Assembly (NCBI GenBank): GCA_039929185.1
Contig: JBDSRR010000257.1
Span: 1 to 32,651, forward strand
DNA: 32,651 bases
Source of the DNA: Actinomycetota bacterium
Lineage (GTDB): Bacteria > Actinomycetota > CADDZG01 > JAHWKV01
Direction: 5' to 3'
The notes under the pieces are model-generated. The model was not told where the DNA came from. It was given only the letters and a program-made list of their open reading frames with translations, and ran no database searches. A program made the position numbers and the translations under genes. Positions 23,787 to 31,045 of this stretch are shown here, piece after piece. Every line of letters starts with the position of its first letter. Within the stretch, counting starts at the first letter, position 1.

Positions 23787-24479
23787 TTATCCTTTCCCTT
23801 CTGCCTCTAAAACCTTCACGAATATCTGACTTGCAACTTTGTGTCCTAACGTACGCTCTTGACCATCTACGGTCAGCACCAACGGGCCATCGAATGGGTG
23901 TTTTTCTTTCACTTGTACGGTCACGCCAGGTCGAAGCCCCAAGGTGTCGAGGAAAGCCACGACCTCCTGCGCTGTCGACCCTGGAACGGCGACCTCGGCG
24001 ATGTCGCCGGGCTCCAATGAATACAAAGGGGGCATCTCGTCAATCTCGCTCGTATCCGGCGACGGTATGGGAAACCCGTGGGGACACGTCGATGGACGGT
24101 CGAGCGCTACGAAAAGACGGTCTTCCACCTCTTGGGGCAGTTCATGTTCGAAGCTGCCCGCAAGTCGGTCGGCCTCATTCCACGCATAGCCCAGCATGTC
24201 AGACAGGAATCGCTCGACGATGCGGTGGCGGCGTATCGAAGCGACGGCGGCCTGACGCCCACTAAAGGTCAGAACAACGCCATGGTAAAGACGGTGTTCC
24301 ACGAATCCACGCTCAGCTAGGCGTTTAACGGCTGTGGTCACTGTGCCTGGGGACAGCCCAAGCGACTCAGCCAAACTGCCAGTGTGGGCGTCCGGAGTGT
24401 CCTTGGTCAGGCGATAGACAGCCTTCAGAAGGTCTCTATCAGATTTCGAGAATGGCTCATTCATAGTTTTGAGTCCCAA
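23787..24479 (-). CDS. DtxR/MntR-family metal-dependent transcriptional regulator with C-terminal FeoA/SH3-like domain
   Basis: wHTH region (SLAESLGLSPGTVTTAVKRLAERGFV). Dimerisation/metal helix RRHRIVERFLSDMLGY ... FEHELP. The CPHGFPIP motif is seen in Mn-responsive members (ScaR/SloR/TroR type) rather than the SPFGNPIP of DtxR/IdeR. TTG start at 24479 or ATG at 24464. Its stop lies 2 nt before the hppA start. Confidence 0.85.
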   Translation of the reverse strand: MGLKTMNEPFSKSDRDLLKAVYRLTKDTPDAHTGSLAESLGLSPGTVTTAVKRLAERGFVEHRLYHGVVLTFSGRQAAVASIRRHRIVERFLSDMLGYAWNEADRLAGSFEHELPQEVEDRLFVALDRPSTCPHGFPIPSPDTSEIDEMPPLYSLEPGDIAEVAVPGSTAQEVVAFLDTLGLRPGVTVQVKEKHPFDGPLVLTVDGQERTLGHKVASQIFVKVLEAEGKG

Positions 24480-24489
24480 AATATATCTT

Positions 24490-24509
24490 TTGACCCATCA
24501 AAATGTCAA
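24490..24509. promoter_or_regulatory. Inverted repeat TTGAC-N10-GTCAA overlapping a -35-like TTGACA upstream of the DtxR-family gene
   Basis: The minus strand reads TTGACATTTTGATGGGTCAAAAGATATATTTTGGGA. TTGACA, a 17-18-nt spacer, then ATATAT/TATATT. The repeat arms are at 24490-24494 and 24505-24509. It lies in the 138-bp divergent region shared with the LCP-TerC operon. Confidence 0.3.
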
Positions 24510-24617
24510 CTAACTCGCCCTGGCGGCCCTTCGTTAGCCTGAGTGAGCAACGGAAAAGGCCACGGGTCACTGCAGCCGCCGACGGATGAGTCCCAACGGT
24601 GGTACAAACTACCGATC

Positions 24618-26042
24618 ATGAACCTCAAAACACCTCTTACGATCGCGCTCTCGTTGGCATTGCTGTTAACGGCATGCAAGGGATCGGCCCCCAAACCCAT
24701 CCCGCCACCCCCAACCGTCCAGCGGGCGGACTTTAAAGTTATGGAAGTCAAAGTGGCAGACCCACTTGACCGTGGCATCCAACCGGCGGCCGACATCAAG
24801 CTAGTAACGGACTTAGTCAACGGCTACTACACCGCCGCCTTCCTTTTACCGAGTGTGGTGACTTCGACGTTTACTGCTGAAGCTCAACCACAAGCGATCA
24901 CAAACCTGGACACGTTGACCATCGGCGGATTGGGCAAAGACATCAAACGTATGGTTGCCTCGGTCCAGGAGATTACCCGCGCGTCATTCTTCGTCGAAAA
25001 CGACTCCAGCATTCCGCAGGCAATCGTCGAGATGAGATTCGAAGCCAAGGCAACTATGAAGCCGGAGCGCGGCGGTAAGCAGAGCTTGAAGCGATCGCCG
25101 ACGAACATCGTTCATACGGCGAAGTTTTGGCTGCAAAAGCACGAAGGGGCCTTCCAAATATCAGCCTTTGCTGCCGACCTGAAGGCCGACTCCATAGCGC
25201 CGCCGACCAAACCAAAAGCCACCGCCAGCACCGCTAAGTCGCCGTCCGCACTTGAGATTCACAAAGTGCAAACAACCCAATGGCGACCAGAAGTCGGCGG
25301 TCCTGTATTCATCCTCGTTCTGGGAAGCGACGCCCGAAATGCCGGGCCTGACGGCGGGCGTGGACGATGCGACGCCATCCATCTGGTCGGGATAAACCCC
25401 ACGACCAAAAGCGGGAGCATCCTGAACTTTCCCCGTGACTCCTATGTAGACGTTCCCGGACATGGCATGCAGCGGATAAACACTTCTTGCTTTTACGGCG
25501 GGCCCGACCTGATGGTGAAAACGATGACCCAACTGACCAACATCCCCATCCATTACTACGTAATTACTGAGTTCTCGCACTTTCGCGCCATAACGGAGGA
25601 ATTGGGTGGGGTCGAGGTAGACATCCCTTATCCAATGAATGACCCAGTTGGTTCTGGTGCGCAGTTCGCAGCCGGCCCCCACCTGCTTTCTGGTGAAGAA
25701 GCCCTGCGATTCAACCGAAATCGTCACGACACTCCCAATGGAGATTTCAGTAGAACCGCGAACCAAGCGACCTTCATGCTTGCATCGCTTAAGAAGTTCC
25801 GCACCGAAACCCAAGACCTGTCGCGCATGTTTGATTATTTCCGGGTGGCGCGAAGGCACACACTCATCACGGTTCCCTTGAACGAGATGCTACGGTTGGG
25901 CTTCCTCGCCCAACAGATCGATCCCGGGGCGATCCAAAGCATCGTGATCAACGGAAGCACTGGCAAGGCTGGCGATGCTAGCGTCGTCTTCCTTAACCCG
26001 GGCGACATATTTTCTCGGGTTCGCGACGACGCACTCCCTTGA
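24618..26042 (+). CDS. LytR-CpsA-Psr (LCP) family cell-envelope glycopolymer transferase, lipoprotein-type signal
   Basis: I start at the ATG at 24618 (MNLKTPLTIALSLALLLTAC, a lipobox). The LCP core reads FILVLGSDAR...RCDAIHLVGINP...ILNFPRDSYVDVPGHG..RIN...YYVITEFSHFRAITEELGGVEV. Confidence 0.85.
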   Translation: MNLKTPLTIALSLALLLTACKGSAPKPIPPPPTVQRADFKVMEVKVADPLDRGIQPAADIKLVTDLVNGYYTAAFLLPSVVTSTFTAEAQPQAITNLDTLTIGGLGKDIKRMVASVQEITRASFFVENDSSIPQAIVEMRFEAKATMKPERGGKQSLKRSPTNIVHTAKFWLQKHEGAFQISAFAADLKADSIAPPTKPKATASTAKSPSALEIHKVQTTQWRPEVGGPVFILVLGSDARNAGPDGGRGRCDAIHLVGINPTTKSGSILNFPRDSYVDVPGHGMQRINTSCFYGGPDLMVKTMTQLTNIPIHYYVITEFSHFRAITEELGGVEVDIPYPMNDPVGSGAQFAAGPHLLSGEEALRFNRNRHDTPNGDFSRTANQATFMLASLKKFRTETQDLSRMFDYFRVARRHTLITVPLNEMLRLGFLAQQIDPGAIQSIVINGSTGKAGDASVVFLNPGDIFSRVRDDALP

Positions 26043-26052
26043 TGGTTTAGCG

Positions 26053-26967
26053 ATGGTTAGCCCGGGGATCTACGCTGCGTTCATCGGCTTTGTCTTGGCG
26101 ATGCTATTGGTCGACCTTAAATTTTTTCACCGAGATGCAGAACAGGAAAACAACAAGCAATCTGCTATCTGGGTGGGAGTTTGGGTCGGCCTGGCCTTAG
26201 CGTTCGGCGGGATCGTCTATGTTTGGCTTGGGTCAGCTAGAGCGACAGAATACTTTGCCGGCTACTTGATCGAGTATTCGCTTTCGGTCGACAACATGTT
26301 CGTTTTCATCGTGATCTTCGAATACTTCCAAGTGCCAGCCGCCTTTCAGCACAGGGTCCTTTTCTTCGGGATACTCGGCGCCATCATCTTTAGGGGCATC
26401 TTCATCTTGCTAGGTGCAGCCCTTCTGGAGAACCTCGAATGGATCATCTTCGTCTTTGGGGGCTTGCTGATCCTCACCGGCGTCCGTATTGCCCGAGGAA
26501 CCTCCGAGGTGGCACCTGAGCGAAATCCCATCCTGCGGCTATTCAACAGGTGGTTCAAAACATCAACGCAATTCGACGGACAAAAACTGCTCACTGTCGA
26601 GAATGGGCGACGAGTAGCTACTCCTCTGCTGGTGGTTCTGTTGGTAATCGAAAGTACCGATATCGTCTTCGCGATCGACTCGATACCTGCCATTTTCGCC
26701 ATCACTCGCGATCCATTCATCGTGCTTACTTCCAACCTTTTCGCCGTGCTTGGCTTAAGGGCCCTTTACTTCCTGATCGCTGGATCGATGCAGAAATTCC
26801 ACCTTCTCAAATACGGACTCGCCGTCATTCTGGCTTTCGTCGGGACGAAGATGATCCTTTCGGGTTTCCACATCCACATCTCGATCGGCTTCTCCCTGGC
26901 TGTCGTGATCAGCGTATTGCTATTGACAGCTCTGCTCTCTATGAAGGTACCGCCCAAGGAAGTCTAG
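26053..26967 (+). CDS. TerC-family integral membrane protein
   Basis: The ATG at 26053 (MVSPGIYAAFIGFVLAMLLVD) avoids overlap with the LCP gene. Motifs EYSLSVDNMFVF and ESTDIVFAIDSIPAIFAIT...NLFAVLGLRALYF are hallmark TerC repeats. Confidence 0.9.
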   Translation: MVSPGIYAAFIGFVLAMLLVDLKFFHRDAEQENNKQSAIWVGVWVGLALAFGGIVYVWLGSARATEYFAGYLIEYSLSVDNMFVFIVIFEYFQVPAAFQHRVLFFGILGAIIFRGIFILLGAALLENLEWIIFVFGGLLILTGVRIARGTSEVAPERNPILRLFNRWFKTSTQFDGQKLLTVENGRRVATPLLVVLLVIESTDIVFAIDSIPAIFAITRDPFIVLTSNLFAVLGLRALYFLIAGSMQKFHLLKYGLAVILAFVGTKMILSGFHIHISIGFSLAVVISVLLLTALLSMKVPPKEV

Positions 26968-26979
26968 GATGGGCCTTCG

Positions 26980-29178
26980 ATGAGACGGCAAGTGGTTGGT
27001 ATTGGCATCGTTGTAACCTTGATCGCAAGTGCGCTGGCGCTGGCGGCCATGGCTCAAACGCAGTCTCCACCAAGCAACTCCTCACCGGTTTCTCCAACAC
27101 TTGGGAGCACCCCCACGTCGACGACTGCACCGGGGCCGGTAGGTTCAACGGCGGTGACCGCGACCGTCACCGACACCGAGTACATTTCAGTCCACATCGA
27201 TGCCAATGGCACGCCGCTTAACATCGGCGTCAAGGAGTGGTACCGGGTCCGCAAAGAACAAGGCGGCGAGGTACACGTTGAAGACCCAGGCATCCTCGAT
27301 GACGTGAAGTCGTTGGCAGGCGCAAAACCCAATGTTCGTGAAGACGTCATTGCTTTGGACGTTGACGTTGACGCTAATGAGTCGGGATGCAGCGGTGAGT
27401 GTGGCTTTTCTGATGTTTACATCGCGGGTAAGCCGCGGCAAAAACAGTTAGGGACTTGGCAAACTGACTCGGGGCCCAAAGTATTGCCAGTCACGGTCAA
27501 GATCCGGTACTACACAGGAGAGCCGGGTTCTGACGAGGCTGCGACATCGGTTAACGCTCGTCAATTCAGCCAGCATCACGGTCCGTTCAAATTGGTCATC
27601 ACGGTTACCAACAATACGAAACAGACCGAAGAAGTCACCTACAACGACATCCAAACCAAGAAGCAGATGACGGGCATCGCCGAAGTCTCGACCCCCTTCA
27701 ATGTAAAGATTCGCGACATCGTTCTTCCCGATAGTGGATACGACGGAATCACCACGAACGGTTCACTGGGGCGAAACGGGAAGGCATCAGTTGTCAGTTG
27801 GAACCTGGATCTTGCCCCTCCGGACTTTCCGAATGAACAGCACGCGATCATCGAAGGTCGGGCCAACTCGCCGGGGATCCCTCAGATCGACGTAGTCGCA
27901 CACCCCGTTTATCCCGAGCCAGTTGCACAAGCTCTAACATCTTCGGAGCAGCAATTCCAAAAGGGGAGGCGTTCGTTCTACTACGACGTGCTGACCCTGC
28001 TTCGCGAGAATCTGTTGGCCCTGGGAGGGCTCTTCTCAACGCTCGACGACTCCTTTTCGAATCTTGCCTTGCCTTTGATCGGTCCCGAAAAAAACAATCG
28101 CGATTCAGGCACGTTCACCGATGCCAACCTGCTTTGGGGAACATGGACGATATCAAAGGGCACCGAACAACTGACGCGCGCTGTCGACGATCTTGCATAC
28201 AGCGTCCAACTCGCGCGCGATGCAGTGAAGGGACAGATCGCCACGTTCCAATTGCTACGGGCTTTCCTTGGCAAATCGACCGATAAGCCGGTACTGGCAT
28301 CGAATCCAGGAGGAGTGCCGTGTGTACCGATCCCTGAGCCGCTAGGCAACTGCACACTCGAAGAAGCGGAATCTCAAGTTGATGCGCTGCTAGCTGAAAG
28401 CATGTGGGCAAACCTCAAGGATCTTGAGGTAACCCTGGGCGCGCCCACCAACCCAGATGTTGCAGGGGGGCCAAACGATCCACGACCGTACCTTCCCGAG
28501 GCACCCGCTTCACTCGCCACCAATGGCGCGCTGATCATCACCGTCCTTAAGATAAAGATGGCGATACTTGAGCACAACTTCTATTGCCTGCAATACGAAG
28601 ACCACACGAACGGATGCTCGACGATCCTTGGCATCACAAACAAGCCCGGTGCCACCGGCTGGGACAAATTCTCGTTCGTCAAATTTCCCTTCGGTCAACT
28701 GGAAGTAGAAAAGGGACTAAGGGTCATAGAAACCGAGGGCCTTGGCCAGATCAGGTCGGCTCTCGGCAACAGAACCGCACCAAACTCATTCGTGTGGGGA
28801 AGTCGGACAGTGGTGGAAGGTGTGGAGGGTCTCGTAGATTCGCTGCACCAACTCGGAGCCACTTGGCGCTACGCTGCCGACTCGATCCAAAACTTTGGCG
28901 TCTTCGGTCTCGACACATCAAAGTCGATCCTTCAACTAGACGTAAACGCGATCGACATCGAGACAGCAGCCAAGAGCGCGGCCGTTAAGAGAGTTACCGC
29001 AGCTAATACATTTTTTGGAAAACCCAAGGGCGCACAAGGTCAATTGATACTTTCGTTCTCAACCGACCCTGATGCATCGCCGCGATCATCAAGAAACGTC
29101 GCTCTTTCAGGATTCGGAGTGTTCGCGCTTCTGTCCACGTTGCTTCTATTTGCGCGATTCAAATGGTTCCTGCTGTGA
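26980..29178 (+). CDS. Large exported protein with C-terminal membrane anchor, unknown family
   Basis: 732 aa. Signal peptide MRRQVVGIGIVVTLIASALALAAMA and a Ser/Pro/Thr linker. The N-terminal half looks beta-rich and the second half helical. C-terminal TM helix ALSGFGVFALLSTLLLFARF. No motif I can assign. Confidence 0.7.
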   Translation: MRRQVVGIGIVVTLIASALALAAMAQTQSPPSNSSPVSPTLGSTPTSTTAPGPVGSTAVTATVTDTEYISVHIDANGTPLNIGVKEWYRVRKEQGGEVHVEDPGILDDVKSLAGAKPNVREDVIALDVDVDANESGCSGECGFSDVYIAGKPRQKQLGTWQTDSGPKVLPVTVKIRYYTGEPGSDEAATSVNARQFSQHHGPFKLVITVTNNTKQTEEVTYNDIQTKKQMTGIAEVSTPFNVKIRDIVLPDSGYDGITTNGSLGRNGKASVVSWNLDLAPPDFPNEQHAIIEGRANSPGIPQIDVVAHPVYPEPVAQALTSSEQQFQKGRRSFYYDVLTLLRENLLALGGLFSTLDDSFSNLALPLIGPEKNNRDSGTFTDANLLWGTWTISKGTEQLTRAVDDLAYSVQLARDAVKGQIATFQLLRAFLGKSTDKPVLASNPGGVPCVPIPEPLGNCTLEEAESQVDALLAESMWANLKDLEVTLGAPTNPDVAGGPNDPRPYLPEAPASLATNGALIITVLKIKMAILEHNFYCLQYEDHTNGCSTILGITNKPGATGWDKFSFVKFPFGQLEVEKGLRVIETEGLGQIRSALGNRTAPNSFVWGSRTVVEGVEGLVDSLHQLGATWRYAADSIQNFGVFGLDTSKSILQLDVNAIDIETAAKSAAVKRVTAANTFFGKPKGAQGQLILSFSTDPDASPRSSRNVALSGFGVFALLSTLLLFARFKWFLL

Positions 29179-29849
29179 GCAGGCGACCGCTGGCTTGGCT
29201 CGCTGTGGTGGGGCTCTTCGCTGCCGCAGGATGCTCAAAGCAAGTAGCTGGTGCTGACCTGAAGGTTGAGCAATCGGATCCACCGGCATTCGGCGCATTC
29301 GAGGGGGGGCAAGAAGCTGAATCGACAGGTGCGGCGTTAGGCGGTGGGCAGGAAGCCGTCGAAGTGTCTGAAGCGGCACCGCCAGGGCTTCGGATAGTAC
29401 ACATCAAGATCGCACCCACTACCCTGGCATTCCGGCAAGCAACCGGCTTTACGGGTTTTAAATCTGGCAGTGCTGGTGCCCTTGTTGAACTTCCTCTTTA
29501 CGGCCTCGACCCCCGTGGCGGGACATATTACTTAGTCGTGGCGGTGGGCAATTTCGGCGATGCTCCAGTACGCAATCTCAAGGGCAGGGCCGACTTCTTC
29601 GATGCCGATGGGGTAAGGATCTGGAGCGAGACGCAGGCGGTGACTCACTTCCCAACGCGCCTTGGGCTCAATCCCCCATCGCTTCCCAACCTCGCTGAGC
29701 CGCAACCCGATTTCGATCCTGACTTAAAAGGCTTCAGCCTTTATTACTTCCCGACCAACGTGGGCGTTTTCACATTCAACGTTCCCGACGGTCCCGTCTC
29801 GGCCCAGATCAAAGACTGGAAATTGACCTTTCTTGTGAGCACAACATGA
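29163..29849 (+). CDS. Hypothetical lipoprotein
   Basis: 228 aa. Lipobox in LAWLAVVGLFAAAGCSK. ATG at 29163, or an in-frame GTG at 29175 forming a GTGA overlap with the upstream stop. Its 3' end overlaps the next gene (ATGA). Confidence 0.65.
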   Translation: MVPAVSRRPLAWLAVVGLFAAAGCSKQVAGADLKVEQSDPPAFGAFEGGQEAESTGAALGGGQEAVEVSEAAPPGLRIVHIKIAPTTLAFRQATGFTGFKSGSAGALVELPLYGLDPRGGTYYLVVAVGNFGDAPVRNLKGRADFFDADGVRIWSETQAVTHFPTRLGLNPPSLPNLAEPQPDFDPDLKGFSLYYFPTNVGVFTFNVPDGPVSAQIKDWKLTFLVSTT

Positions 29850-31045
29850 TGCGCTTCATCTTGGTTTTGACGTTGCTTGCAACTGGATGCTCGGGCTCGG
29901 CCGCGACGACCGAGAACCGACCTGATTTTGCTGACGTGAAGATCGGGTTACTCATTACGACCGGGGGCCGGAGCGGCGATCTTGCAGGGCCTTCCATCGG
30001 TGCAGCAAAAGTGGCTGCCGCGCACCTCAAGGCCGACCACGGAGTCGAAGTAACCATCGAGCAAGCCGACTATCAGGGTGACCCAAGTTTGGTTCCACAA
30101 CTTATCAAGGACTTAGCCGCCAGAACCGAAGCCATCGTCATTGGGTCCGACGATCCGGCCATACTTCCGTCGCTGGCGGCCATGTCCGTGCCGCTTATAC
30201 ATGCCTACATCACAACCGACGGCGCCACCGACGAACCTAAGAGCTATCGGTTGGCCCCAAGCAACACACTTCAAGCCAGATCGCTTGCCTCTTATCTTGT
30301 GCGTCATCGCAGATATGCGCGGATCGCGCTCCTGGCCGAAAACGCCCCCTACGGTCAGCAAGGGGGCCCTGCATTCGCCGATGCGGTAAGGAAGGAGGGC
30401 GCAAGTTTGGTTGAAGAGATCTCGTTCGATACGGGAGGCGAGGTTCACACGGCAGTGTCATCGGCATCAGACTCGGGGGCCCAAGTTTTGGTCGTGTGGA
30501 CAGAAGACCCAGCCGAAGCCGCGCGAGTTGTCATCGACGTGCATCGATCGAACATCGCTTACCAACTTGCCGTTCCAACCAACGTAACGGGACCGGGTTT
30601 CGGCAAAAACGCAGTGGCGCAGATAGTTCCCACGGCATTTCGCGAAGGGATCCTTTCAGTAGGTCAGTGGTCTGGGCCCTGGATAGATGAGCCTAACGTT
30701 CGCAGGTTTCACAAAGACTTTCGTAAACAGGAAAACGACATCGCACCCATCAAGTCTTCTTCGATATACGACGCCGTAAAGCTTCTGTCGGCAGCGAAAA
30801 CCCATGGGTCGATAGCATCGGGCTTACCGAAGATTAAAGACTTTCGCGGAGTCGGCACACCCATAACATTCGATGCCCGACGCGAAGGCATCGGCGCCGA
30901 TGACATGTGGGGCTGGGGCTTCACGAAGTCCGAGACCGCCGCGGGGGCCGAGTTTTTCCCCGCCGTAGACACCGGCGGCGGATTCTTCACTCTCGTACCA
31001 GCGGGGTTGAAGGTGCCGGAACGATTCAGGTACTTGATCTCGTGA
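29846..31045 (+). CDS. Lipoprotein, LivJ/Peripla_BP_6-type ABC substrate-binding protein (no transporter partners in window)
   Basis: 399 aa. Lipobox MMRFILVLTLLATGCSG. VKIGLLITTGG...AAKVAAAHL...VTIEQADYQGDP...LI...AIVIGSDDP and IALLAENAPYGQQG follow the type I periplasmic binding fold of the branched-chain amino acid/urea binder family. Confidence 0.75.
   Translation: MMRFILVLTLLATGCSGSAATTENRPDFADVKIGLLITTGGRSGDLAGPSIGAAKVAAAHLKADHGVEVTIEQADYQGDPSLVPQLIKDLAARTEAIVIGSDDPAILPSLAAMSVPLIHAYITTDGATDEPKSYRLAPSNTLQARSLASYLVRHRRYARIALLAENAPYGQQGGPAFADAVRKEGASLVEEISFDTGGEVHTAVSSASDSGAQVLVVWTEDPAEAARVVIDVHRSNIAYQLAVPTNVTGPGFGKNAVAQIVPTAFREGILSVGQWSGPWIDEPNVRRFHKDFRKQENDIAPIKSSSIYDAVKLLSAAKTHGSIASGLPKIKDFRGVGTPITFDARREGIGADDMWGWGFTKSETAAGAEFFPAVDTGGGFFTLVPAGLKVPERFRYLIS

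Noticed and set aside
24530-24549. Possible DtxR/IdeR iron box (TTCGTTAGCCTGAGTGAGC) in the divergent control region
   Set aside because: Only about 10-11 of 19 positions match the TTAGGTTAGGCTAACCTAA consensus and the two half-sites are not symmetric. The regulator also looks Mn-type rather than Fe-type.
26043-26052. yybP-ykoY (Mn) riboswitch expected upstream of a TerC gene
   Set aside because: Only 10 nt separate the LCP stop from the TerC start, so there is no space for a ~100-nt riboswitch. I saw no matching structure in 24480..24617 either.
27355-27380. Short tandem GACGTT repeats (ggacgttgacgttgacgct)
   Set aside because: They lie in frame inside the 732-aa CDS and encode DVDVDA. This is a trivial codon-level repeat, not a regulatory or CRISPR-like element.
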